Shown here: positions 54,507 through 63,781 of the stretch, one piece after another
Position numbering within the stretch: the first letter of the stretch is position 1
How the letters are laid out: each line of letters begins with the position of its first letter
Assembly (NCBI GenBank): GCA_963693365.1
Contig: CAVNZM010000001.1
Span: 9,943,661 to 10,007,660, forward strand
From: Amoebidium appalachense
Taxonomy: Eukaryota > Protista > Ichthyosporea
DNA: 64,000 bases
Reading direction: 5' to 3'
The notes under the pieces: generated by a model
The model's database searches: none
What the model was told of the DNA's origin: nothing
Seen by the model: the letters and a program-made list of their open reading frames with translations, nothing else
Program-made: the position numbers and the translations under genes

Positions 54507-55050
54507 GTGATGGGGTGAGTAGGATGAGTAGCTTGAGTACCTACTCATCTGGTCTCCCCCCGGGTGTTCCAATTTCCTTTTGGATTGAGATTTAGGTATA
54601 CCCGTAGCCCACAGTAGATGAGTACGTACTCATCCTACTCATCCTAACTCACTATATGACAATTGCATATTTTTATACCTAAAAAGGAAACCTTTACCAT
54701 ATTTGGTCGAGTAACATCTAGTGTGGGACACTTGTCTGTGTTACTCAGAATCAGTACCTTGAGTAAGATAATTATTGTTACTCTGAGTCAGTGCAACAAG
54801 TTTCAGGTGACGTGTATCTGCTTATACTTATATATATATATATCCTGAGTGTAGGGCTGGCTCCCTAATGGACACTCCAAACCCACATATTTGTAACAAT
54901 ATTATCGACCATAATCCCAACGCACACCAGACATGTGCTCCGATGACTCCCTGGCTGTGGGCCTCCTTATATTCACATGCTGCGCCATCCAGGGCACAGT
55001 TGCACCTTCACCGGCAGTTGCACACACACACGCACTGCGCGATACCTGCA

Positions 55051-55569
55051 TTATTCTCTACACTGCCGCCTATTTTTCTGTACTGATTCATATAACTGCA
55101 GCGACAGAATGTCGCACCCCATGTCATGCCAAAGGAAGTCCTTCAAAAAGTCGATTCGCAGAAGGGTTGTTCGTTTTCTCTTTGCCTCCATGGGGACAGC
55201 TCGTCCCTCGCTCATGCCCTCCTCCTCCGTCGGATCCCTCGGTGGCAGCAGCGACAGCGTGGTGTCCCAGCGCTCCCAGGTCAGCCGAAACGACTTGCCC
55301 CAATCCAGGTCGATGGTCACCACATCCCCGGCCCCCTCCAGTGGACACGTCGAAAACACCAGGTGGTTGAGTCCAGTCCTGTTCGACGTTTCCACCGACT
55401 GCAGCGGCAGCATCGTGTCCGACAGCATCGTGTCGCCCTTGCCGAGTCTTGCGTGGAGCTGTAGCGGCCGGCTTGCCACCCTCCCGGCGCCGTTCGAGTC
55501 GAACGTCATGTTGGATACAAGCAGCGACAGCCGATTGACAAATAGCTTCAGGTCCTGCTCAAAAGCCAT
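55051..55569 (-). CDS. Hypothetical protein (MAFEQDLK.., ~172 aa)
   Basis: ORF with a reverse-strand TATA box (GGTATAAAAG, 55621-55630) just upstream of ATG 55569; no recognisable domain. Confidence 0.55.
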   Translation of the reverse strand: MAFEQDLKLFVNRLSLLVSNMTFDSNGAGRVASRPLQLHARLGKGDTMLSDTMLPLQSVETSNRTGLNHLVFSTCPLEGAGDVVTIDLDWGKSFRLTWERWDTTLSLLPPRDPTEEEGMSEGRAVPMEAKRKRTTLLRIDFLKDFLWHDMGCDILSLQLYESVQKNRRQCRE

Positions 55570-55672
55570 GGTCGGTTCTGGTGCAGATGCAGACTGGCAG
55601 CTCCCCGTGTCAGACACACGCTTTTATACCCTCCAGAGTCCCCGCCTGCGTCGGCGCACACTCATTCGCAAG

Positions 55673-55981
55673 ATGCCAGTTCTCGAGGCGCTGCATGACC
55701 ACGAGTGCGCGCTTGCGTGTTTCGGTGTGTGTGTACGTGGGCCCGAATCGGGGTGTGAGGTGCTGAGCGTGCGCTGTTGCACAAGCATGTGGACCGCAGG
55801 TGTGCGACCGGGAGACATTGTGGTGGCGTGCGAGATCAAGCGCGCAGAATCCGGGTGGCGCAAGGTGTCCCTCGAGCTCGAGGAGGGTGCGTGGACCAGC
55901 AACCTGTGCGCGGCAGGGTGCAAGCGGAGAAAGTGGTTTCACAGGGGTTGTGCAGGGCAAGCGCCCAAAATTTTGGGGTAG
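55673..55981 (+). CDS. Small Cys-rich protein with a PDZ-like segment
   Basis: EVLSVRCCTSMWTAGVRPGDIVVA resembles the PDZ pattern V..V...S.A..AG...GD.I; divergent from the gene at 55569. Confidence 0.35.
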   Translation: MPVLEALHDHECALACFGVCVRGPESGCEVLSVRCCTSMWTAGVRPGDIVVACEIKRAESGWRKVSLELEEGAWTSNLCAAGCKRRKWFHRGCAGQAPKILG

Positions 55982-55986
55982 AGGTC

Positions 55987-56124
55987 ATGTCAAAACGAAG
56001 AGGTCGGTCCAAAAAGAGGGGTCACAGACGTGCAAGGAAGTACGTGTTTGCCAACGAGTTCATGCCAAAATACCGGAGGCTGGCCCTTCGACAAATTGTG
56101 CGAGTAAAGCGAAAAACACACTGA
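55987..56124 (+). CDS. Very basic 45-aa peptide (protamine-like), or the frameshifted C-terminus of the upstream ORF
   Basis: MSKRRGRSKKRGHRRARKYVFANEFMPKYRRLALRQIVRVKRKTH. Confidence 0.35.
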   Translation: MSKRRGRSKKRGHRRARKYVFANEFMPKYRRLALRQIVRVKRKTH

Positions 56125-56210
56125 GATTTATTCTGTCGACATCGATGTTGGAAAAATCACATACCATTATGCACATAACCACCGACCCGAATTTGCCCCT
56201 AAAGTGACAA

Positions 56211-56395
56211 CCCGAGATTACATCAATGACAAATATACGATTCTACAACCCCGAATGAATTCTATCACTTGCACACGAAACAAGTACCCGAGAAATCACA
56301 TCAATGACAAATATACGATTCTACAACCCCGAATGAATTCTATCACTTGCACACGAAACAAGTACCCGAGAAATTACATCAATGACAAATATACA
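56211..56395 (+). repeat. 78-bp tandem duplication (~2.3 copies) between convergent genes
   Basis: CATCAATGACAAATATACGATTCTACAACCCCGAATGAATTCTATCACTTGCACACGAAACAAGTACCCGAGAAAT repeated. Confidence 0.85.
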
Positions 56396-56422
56396 CAGAC
56401 ACAGCATCACCACGGCCATCCC

Positions 56423-57832
56423 CTACGGGCCCTGCTTCTGGCAGTCCTTCTTGTGCTCACCCCAATCGCGGGTCTGGCAGTCCCTGCTGCAGTAGTAGAC
56501 GTGCTTACAGGCCGAGCACTTCTTGGTGCGCCCGGTCGAGCCGCAGGTGGCACAGACGACAGAGGGCAGCTTGTCGATGAAGTGCTTGACGGCCCGGTTG
56601 CACCATTCATACATACACATGTTGTCCATGTCGTACTCCGTGGACACGGGAAGAGTGCTCACCGCAAACTCCGCAATCTGAAGAACAGCCTCGGGCGTGG
56701 TGTGCTCGAGGCCGGAAGACGCGCACAGTACATGAAGCATCATTCTGAAGACAATACCGGCGCCCGTGCTGATGTTTCCGGCATAGAGGGCATTGTAGTC
56801 CCGCTCCTCCAGCACGTAGCGGTGGAAGACACAGTAGTGCCTAAAACACGCGAAGTAGGCAGCCATGTTGCGTTCGGCCGCAGTCACCGTTGGGTCGTTC
56901 ACCCATCTCCGCTCCTCTATAGCACGCATCTCGCCCGCCAGGGTAGCCTCGCATTCCATGTAGCGCTCCTTGTTGCGAAACACACGCAGGTCGCCGCACT
57001 CCAGAACTTTTAGCATCAGGTTGCAGACCGGGTCCGAGTGGAAACGCAAGTGGCTGTCCATGGTGTAGACCACGACCTCGTTTTTCGACACCGTTGGGTC
57101 TTGGTGGGTGGGTTGCTCCTTGCAGTCCTTCTTGTGCTCGGGCCACTTTTGTTTCATACAGATGTCATTGCAGAAGTAGGCGTTTCTGCAGCGGGTGCAC
57201 TTCTTTGTGTCGACGGGCGAGCGGCACTGGAGACATGACACGGAAGGCAACTCGTTCACAAAGTGCTCGACGGCCCGGTTAGCCCAATCATTGTACACCA
57301 CGTCGACAATGTCCTTGCATACCGTATACGTACCCAAGGCGGAAGTGGCCGGCTCTTGACTGAAGTGGGCAGCGGGTCGGGCCTTGAGACCGGACCGCTC
57401 GCATAGCGCCGTCCCCACGAGCATGAAGAAGTCCTGAACCCCTTGACCGAGCGTGCCCTCGTGGAGAGCCTCATGGTCCGGCTTCCCCAGCACGTAGCGC
57501 TGGAAGGCGGCGTACATTGGGAACGCGATGGAGTGCAGACAAGTGTCCCAGAGGGGCGGCACCCGCCCAGGCCCGTGGGGTTGTCTCTCCAAATGCAGCA
57601 GCAAAGTTTTCATGTCGTTTTCAAGGACTGAACGGAACGCAGCGAAGCTCTCCTGTGTTTCGAAGATGCGGAGGTCGCCGTCTCTCGCAACTTCCAGCAG
57701 GCGAGCGCTGGCAGGGTCCCGGTGGAGCCGATACTTGTCGTCCACGGCATAGACGACGACCTTGTCCGTGTCCGAGCCGGGGGGCCGGACGACGAAAGGC
57801 AAAGCCACGGCCTCTTCAGGTGTTCGGTCCAT
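56423..57832 (-). CDS. Protein with two tandem modules, each ending in a MYND zinc finger
   Basis: CLQC..KKCTRCRNAYFCNDICMKQKWPEHKKDC and CATC..KKCSACKHVYYCSRDCQTRDWGEHKKDC. The preceding ~190-aa regions are homologous (VVVYAVDDKYRLHRDP / VVVYTMDSHLRFHSDP). Likely start is ATG 57832. Confidence 0.88.
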   Translation of the reverse strand: MDRTPEEAVALPFVVRPPGSDTDKVVVYAVDDKYRLHRDPASARLLEVARDGDLRIFETQESFAAFRSVLENDMKTLLLHLERQPHGPGRVPPLWDTCLHSIAFPMYAAFQRYVLGKPDHEALHEGTLGQGVQDFFMLVGTALCERSGLKARPAAHFSQEPATSALGTYTVCKDIVDVVYNDWANRAVEHFVNELPSVSCLQCRSPVDTKKCTRCRNAYFCNDICMKQKWPEHKKDCKEQPTHQDPTVSKNEVVVYTMDSHLRFHSDPVCNLMLKVLECGDLRVFRNKERYMECEATLAGEMRAIEERRWVNDPTVTAAERNMAAYFACFRHYCVFHRYVLEERDYNALYAGNISTGAGIVFRMMLHVLCASSGLEHTTPEAVLQIAEFAVSTLPVSTEYDMDNMCMYEWCNRAVKHFIDKLPSVVCATCGSTGRTKKCSACKHVYYCSRDCQTRDWGEHKKDCQKQGP

Positions 57833-58748
57833 GCTTGTGCGTGAATGCCAGCGTGTGGTGATTTGTCTAGTGAAACGATCCACCAAGAAAGGGCGAGAAA
57901 GAGGGACGTGGTGAAATGTCTGGCAACAATCGTTTGGCCGGGAGTCGTTGTGAGGGAGAATGTGTGAAAACGTGAAAGTGACAGGGTTGGCCTTGTGTTG
58001 GTCTTTTATGTAGGATCAGTTTTCAGAAGGGACTGGTATGGCATGTCCACAGCGCCATTTGATTGGAGATCAATTCTCGCGCTGATTGGTTGGCAGGGAT
58101 TGATTGATCTAGGTTGAGCTAATGTGATTGGTTCGCAAAATTCTGACAGCATTGAAGTGAGCCACCGCGATAATTAATTTGATTGGTAGATTTGCATATC
58201 CGATCTGACAGCCAATTTTGATCTTAGTCATGATTACACCAATCAAAACGCGATAGCTGTCAGCCCTGAGAAGCGCAGCCGTGCTGGACACGACCAGTAA
58301 ATAAAAATTGCCACTTCCTCTTCCACACCGTGACCTGTGTTGTGGACCGTAGCGCTTGCATGCATGGTGCTGCTCGTGCTGCTTGCCGCGTGCTGGCGCT
58401 CAGGGGGGGGGGGGGGGGGGGTATGTAATTTTTATTCCTGGGCCCGACAGTCCGATGAGCCATCTGAAAGCACTGGCATGGCATGACCGTAGCGCCATTC
58501 GATTGGATATCTCGCTAGATTACGCCTCACGCGCTGATTGGTCAGCCGCGATTGGATCGTAAATATAAATTCCGATTGGATCATGTGGTTACATCTCATG
58601 GTAAGTAAATTTTGATTCCATCAGATAAATCATGTCCATCCAATCAAAACGCGACAGCTGTCAGCCTTGCCCTGCCTGGCAGGTATAAAATGCCGCGACT
58701 CAGCGCTATGCTGACACTTTCCACTCTTCCTGTTTCTCTTCACCAACA

Positions 58749-59180
58749 ATGTCCGGCACACCATCTGCAAAGGCCGGCCCTGACCCAGCCGGGCAGCCTG
58801 CCAGTCCACGGCCCCCAGGGTCATTTGCCACGTGGCCTCCCGAATGGCAGCAGTACCTGTACGAGGAGGCAAAGCGTGACCGCTACCGTGCGCGCGCCAG
58901 CGAGCGGGAGATGCAGCTCAAGTACAAGGTGCTGCACAAGAAGTACAAGCGCCTCAAGACCAGCGTGAGCCTGTACCGTATGACATGGAGGAGCCTGAAG
59001 AACCTCAGCGACCCCGAGACCTCCGCCGAGGAGTCCCCCACCGAGGAGCGCCCCATTCGCATCTTGAGCTCTGAGGAGGAGCGCCACCACAAGAAGCCCC
59101 CCGAGAAGAAGCGCGCGCGGTCGCCCGAGGACACTTCGGTGCCCACCGAGAAGCGCAGCCGTGCTGGACACGAGGAGTAA
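58749..59180 (+). CDS. Basic coiled-coil (bZIP-like) nuclear protein
   Basis: EAKRDRYRARASEREMQLKYKVLHKKYKRLKTSV plus NLS-like KKRAR. TATAAAA at ~58684, CCAAT cluster upstream and AATAAA overlapping the stop. Confidence 0.75.
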   Translation: MSGTPSAKAGPDPAGQPASPRPPGSFATWPPEWQQYLYEEAKRDRYRARASEREMQLKYKVLHKKYKRLKTSVSLYRMTWRSLKNLSDPETSAEESPTEERPIRILSSEEERHHKKPPEKKRARSPEDTSVPTEKRSRAGHEE

Positions 59181-59593
59181 ATAAAAATTGCCACTTCCTC
59201 TTCCACACCTGTGTTGTGGACCGTAGCGCTTGCATGCATGGTGCTGCTCGTGCTGCTTGCCGCGTGCTGGCGCTCAGGGGGGGGGGGGGGGGGGGTCTTG
59301 TTGTTTGTGTTAATGCACCCACAGCGTGCCCTTTGTGACACTTGCAGTGGGTTGTTGTTGTTGCCTTTTACAACCACCGCTCTGGACACAAGATCGAACA
59401 GCTATCAAATTGACCATATATACGACAAAGAAAAACAAGGTTGCCAAAGATCATTGTAGCAGTGCGTCCTCCGTCTTGGCGCGCCCTACGTCCCAGCGGT
59501 TTTTAGGTTCCATTAGCACTGCGATGCATAATGTCTGTGTGTGCTCCCCGAGTTGCTGGGGAGGGGGCGCTCCAAACTATCTCTTCGGAAGGT

Positions 59594-59848
59594 ATGACTT
59601 CTCCGAACATTGCAAACCTGAGATTTGACAACCCGAGTAACTCGTGGTTGCGCAGGGATGACATTGCCGCCGACCCGCACGAGTACCACCTGACCATCGA
59701 CAACAACACGCGCTTCATGCTCTACATGGGCACTTCATTGGACGACCATGATGCACAGCTCAAGAGCGCTTCGATGTGGAGGGGCATAGCGCTTGCATGC
59801 ATGGTGCTGCTCGTGCTGCTTGCTGGCGTGCTGGCGTACAGGTGGTAG
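59594..59848 (+). CDS. Small tail-anchored membrane protein (~84 aa)
   Basis: C-terminal TM segment GIALACMVLLVLLAGVLAYRW and GC3-biased codons. Confidence 0.6.
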   Translation: MTSPNIANLRFDNPSNSWLRRDDIAADPHEYHLTIDNNTRFMLYMGTSLDDHDAQLKSASMWRGIALACMVLLVLLAGVLAYRW

Positions 59849-59910
59849 GGGGGGGGGGGGGGGGGGGGTTAAGTTTGTAATTTTTATTCCTGGGCCGCAC
59901 CAGGCGGACT

Positions 59911-60495
59911 TCACACGAGTTGGTTGCCCGGTTGATCTTGTTGTTTGTGTTTATGCACCTCCTTTCGATGTCGCCACAGCCCACTACGCCATGAGAAGGC
60001 CTTTGAGCACCCTTTATCGCATGTGTACAAACGCTCACCTGTATGAATCCGGTTATGTAGTTTGAGCGCATTGGCAGTTTTGAAGGTTGCTTCACATCCA
60101 ATAGCCTTGCACATTAGCTGTTGTATTGGATAGTGCGTTCGTAAGTGCATAAGAAGTGCCCCCCTATGTGAAAAGCGCCTGCCACATTCCTCGTGTTCGC
60201 AAGCGTAAGGGCGTTCACCTGTGTGTCTTCTTTTGTGTCGCAGAAGTCGTCCAGATGTCGGGGCCCTGTATGTGCATCCGCTGTAGCTGCATTCAAATTT
60301 TTTTACTCCAGTGTGAGTTGTAAGGTGTGCGTCCAGGCCAACCTGCTGTGTGCACCGTACTGCACAACCAGGCCATGTACAGGAAAATGGTTTTTCACCG
60401 GTATGACATGTGGCGTGCCGTTGGAGGTTCTGTTTTGTTGAAAATTTCTTATTACATATCGCACATATATGGTCTTGCATATTCATGTATGGCAT
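59911..60495 (-). CDS. C2H2 zinc-finger protein with six fingers
   Basis: Six Cx2-4C..Hx3-4H units with canonical HTGEKPF, HTGERPY and HTGERLY linkers; intronless. Confidence 0.92.
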   Translation of the reverse strand: MPYMNMQDHICAICNKKFSTKQNLQRHATCHTGEKPFSCTWPGCAVRCTQQVGLDAHLTTHTGVKKFECSYSGCTYRAPTSGRLLRHKRRHTGERPYACEHEECGRRFSHRGALLMHLRTHYPIQQLMCKAIGCEATFKTANALKLHNRIHTGERLYTCDKGCSKAFSWRSGLWRHRKEVHKHKQQDQPGNQLV

Positions 60496-60714
60496 CAAAA
60501 AAATAAGAGGTTGCTGAAACCCGGTAGTCGGGTCGTCGGTAGTAGCTAGCTTTTGCACTGGGAATATTTTTCACCTTTTTATTTTTTTCTAAAAGTAAGT
60601 TACCACCCAACGACCCGACCACCACTAAGTAAAATCATCAACCCAACTCAAAATCTATAATAAAACACCACTTTGGAATGTGTCTGGGTAGCTACTTGTC
60701 GTAAGATCCCGCAG

Positions 60715-62271
60715 CTATTCCAGCGAACCAAGACGGTCCTGCTCCATGGCCTGACAAACATCTTTCGACAGACCAACCCTCTCAAACGACAAAACATAAC
60801 AGTACCGAGATGCTCCATTGACCTTGGTAGCCACTGGTTGTCCCAAAATAGCTCGAAGCGCACTACCAAACAGCTTTTGGCTTGGTCTCTGACTGCGCCC
60901 GGTTGCGTTCCGCTCGTGCCACAGACGAAAGTAGTTAAACAGGTCGGTGCTGGTGAACCGTTGGCCATCAACAGGTCTGGGCCATTCCTCACATCCGTTG
61001 TCCCCCGTCACAAGGTCGCGTAGAAACTGCAGTTCGTCTGGCCGTCCAAGATCTGTCAACCGTGAACGAAGTTCGGTTGTTGGAGGGGTTGGCATACGCT
61101 GGGGGACATTCACTTCAGCCATCAGCTCGTCCAAAATCGCCTGGAGAACAGATGGATTGGAGTGTCGTTCCTTAAATTCCGCAAAGTATGCAAACTGCCC
61201 CTTCCTCTCCGACGAAGATTCAAAACAGGCCCATCGTCGGTCACCCTCCTCTAGATTCAGTGGGTGTGACTCGTTGCTGAGAATCACATAGCGTTCACAA
61301 CTCTCCACAGTAATGATGTCACACCCCTTCTTTTCCATAAGGCTTGTGGTTTCCGTAACACGGGCCTTCATCTGGTTGATGATATCAACATTACCATGCC
61401 AAAACACCTCATCGCACACGATGAGCAGTCGGTTGTTGAGATGGGCATTGAAGTTCCCACCAACGTGCTTTTTGTTTGTGACGGACACATAGTAGTCGCG
61501 TCCGATGATATCACCCAGGACATCAAAGAACACGTTCTTGCCCACACCTTGGACTGACCGGAAGACGAGAGCCACTCCTGGTTTGATGTCAGGGTACTGA
61601 AAGAGTTGGGCCAACCAGTGACGTGTGTAGAGGTAAGCTTTCTCGTCGTAGTTGCACAACATGCGAAGATGGCCAAAAAACATACTGGTTGCCGATTGCG
61701 CGAGAGGGCGTGTGGGGTTGTGCACTATCTTGAGTCCACGAAAAATGTTAAAAGGACGGCCTTGGCTCATGACATTTTGTGCACGACGCTTCCCCGTCCG
61801 TGGATCCGGGTCTGCTGGGTCAAACACAAAGCGCGAATATTGCAGTATGTGGTCACTCTCCATGAACCAGGTACCCTTGTAGACACGCGTGATGGGCCGA
61901 TTGCGCTCAAAAAATTCCATTCTGAAGAGGTACTTAGAGAGACATTCTCTTGCGCTTTTGGGTGTATGCAGCTCAATGACGTGCCGCCCGGTCTTGTGGT
62001 CATAGTTCTTGAGCAGGTATTGAGAACCACACTCAACAAAAGCCACATTGCTCTGCAAAAAACGGATGCAATTCTCATAAGTCCATGAAATGCTCTGGCA
62101 TGTGCGTGGCTTGAAGCTCAGTCCAAAGGGTGGTTCTGGGCTGCAGTTCTCGAATCTCAGAAACAATGTCTCTTCGGAGATGGGAGGGATCTCCAACAGG
62201 TGAAATATAGACGACATCGTTACTAGTGGCCTAGATAATATTTTGCGCTGACCGGGGGCAGACTGAGCCAT
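60715..62271 (-). CDS. D5-like superfamily 3 helicase (DUF5906/NrS-1-type) with a C-terminal winged-helix-like domain
   Basis: Pre-helicase PFNIFRG..YLYTRHWLAQLFQYP, Walker A SVQGVGKN, Walker B LIVCDE, motif C ILSN, arginine finger GDRRW, and C-terminal TDLFNYFRLW..KLFGSAL. No obvious primase domain. Confidence 0.9.
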   Translation of the reverse strand: MAQSAPGQRKILSRPLVTMSSIFHLLEIPPISEETLFLRFENCSPEPPFGLSFKPRTCQSISWTYENCIRFLQSNVAFVECGSQYLLKNYDHKTGRHVIELHTPKSARECLSKYLFRMEFFERNRPITRVYKGTWFMESDHILQYSRFVFDPADPDPRTGKRRAQNVMSQGRPFNIFRGLKIVHNPTRPLAQSATSMFFGHLRMLCNYDEKAYLYTRHWLAQLFQYPDIKPGVALVFRSVQGVGKNVFFDVLGDIIGRDYYVSVTNKKHVGGNFNAHLNNRLLIVCDEVFWHGNVDIINQMKARVTETTSLMEKKGCDIITVESCERYVILSNESHPLNLEEGDRRWACFESSSERKGQFAYFAEFKERHSNPSVLQAILDELMAEVNVPQRMPTPPTTELRSRLTDLGRPDELQFLRDLVTGDNGCEEWPRPVDGQRFTSTDLFNYFRLWHERNATGRSQRPSQKLFGSALRAILGQPVATKVNGASRYCYVLSFERVGLSKDVCQAMEQDRLGSLE

Positions 62272-62474
62272 TTTCGCATATGCGGGATTATATATACCTT
62301 GCGTCCTGGGCCACCGCGTGGGGCATGGGGGCTGGGCGGGGCATGTGGGGCACGCCAGGCATGCACAGTGGTCTCACAGGCGAGGCACAGTGGTCTCACA
62401 GGCGGCACGGGGCGCCGGCCCCCCCCCCTCAGTCCCGACTGGGGGGTGATTTTTATTCTCTTGTGTTGTAAGTG

Positions 62475-63161
62475 ATGGCTACCTACGACGAGTCATATGT
62501 CAGGGATAGGCTGGCCAAGCTCGAAGGTGGAACCATTGAGGTACGCACGCCCGCAGGACGGATCGACCTGCTGACGGCCACGGAAGTCATCGAAGTCAAG
62601 CGCGCTTCTAAATGGAAATCCGCCGTTGGGCAGGTCCTGTGCTATCAAGCCTACTGTCCGAACCATCGACCTCGGGTACATCTGTTCGATATTGCGTCCC
62701 TAGATTGCTTGAAAGTGGCGATCGAAACGATGACGCTCCTGGGCATCAGAGCCACGATCGAACCAGACACCTTGCAGCTCATTTGGAGCCCACTTCCAGC
62801 GCTGGATGTGGAGGCCGAAAAGCCAGTGGCAGTCTGCACATCAGCTAACAATGAGATGCAATTCCTAAGGGATCTGTTGTCACACAGAAACGGATGTGAA
62901 AATTTCACATTCATCCACAACGGTTGTGCCGTGACATCAACCGGGCTGTATCAGCTTTTTCAGGAATGGCACAACGTCAACGCTGCCCAAACTCCTATGC
63001 CAAGCACTCGGGCATTCGGGATGGCCATTACAAAAATTCTTGGACACACAAAATGCACGCTCGAACCTAGAGTTTGCAAATGGCCACTGCACCCACCAAC
63101 AGGTGCCAGTGGCAAGTCAGACTGCTACTACCTGTGGGCTTCAAGGATCTTTCAGGATTAG
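62475..63161 (+). CDS. PD-(D/E)XK nuclease-like protein fused to a D5-type C-terminal domain
   Basis: EVRTPAGRIDLLTATEVIEVK..WKSAVGQVLCY (ID..EVK plus QxxxY). The C-terminus aligns by eye with the C-terminus of the neighbouring helicase. Confidence 0.8.
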   Translation: MATYDESYVRDRLAKLEGGTIEVRTPAGRIDLLTATEVIEVKRASKWKSAVGQVLCYQAYCPNHRPRVHLFDIASLDCLKVAIETMTLLGIRATIEPDTLQLIWSPLPALDVEAEKPVAVCTSANNEMQFLRDLLSHRNGCENFTFIHNGCAVTSTGLYQLFQEWHNVNAAQTPMPSTRAFGMAITKILGHTKCTLEPRVCKWPLHPPTGASGKSDCYYLWASRIFQD

Positions 63162-63514
63162 GAGCGCCCCCAGGCCCCCACCACCCCACCACCCCACCAT
63201 CGGGGCAAAGGTGCATTGGACCATCACCCAATAAACCTGGCACCAGTGAGCAAGCAGGTCTTGCAATATGTCTCAAACAACTTGCATAGACACTGCGCGG
63301 GGCTTGGGTGGCTGGGAGGGGCACGCGAGGCACGCGAGGCATGCACGGCCGGCGAGACGCAGCAGGCTCGCAGGACCACGGAACCCGATAGCCCGACCCA
63401 AAACTAGTGCGGGGCTTGGGGGGCTGGGGGTGGCACGCCAGGCACGCACGGCCCCAGGACAGCCCGGAGCAGCAGTAGCCGTTGGAAATTATTTTCTCCC
63501 CCCTCAATAACACC

Positions 63515-63781
63515 ATGTATCTGTGTACGTGCAAGACCCCCCAAGGCATCATGGTCCGCCCGTACAAGGTGTATCGGTGCACAGTCGACGGTTGCGGCTA
63601 CTCCACCACCCGCAACAGCAACTTTGCGGCGTACAGCGACAGGCATGCGGGGATTCTGCGGCACGTGTGCGCGCATGCGGGGTGCGGGCGTCAGTTTCGG
63701 TATGCCTTGAGCCTCAAGCGGCCCGGGCACATGCAGCAGCACACCAAAGAACCGGGGAGCCCGAATCGGACCCGAAACTAG
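63515..63781 (+). CDS. Small or degenerate C2H2 zinc-finger protein (two fingers)
   Basis: YRCTVDGCGYSTTRNSNF..RH and HVCAHAGCGRQFRYALSLKR..HMQQH. His spacing is imperfect, so it may be a pseudogene; start codon uncertain. Confidence 0.5.
   Translation: MYLCTCKTPQGIMVRPYKVYRCTVDGCGYSTTRNSNFAAYSDRHAGILRHVCAHAGCGRQFRYALSLKRPGHMQQHTKEPGSPNRTRN

Noticed and set aside
56204-57013. 269-aa + strand ORF, and similarly the 5' part of 54977-55981
   Set aside because: Antisense to the MYND gene or to the gene at 55569; the N-terminus derives from the 78-bp tandem repeat.
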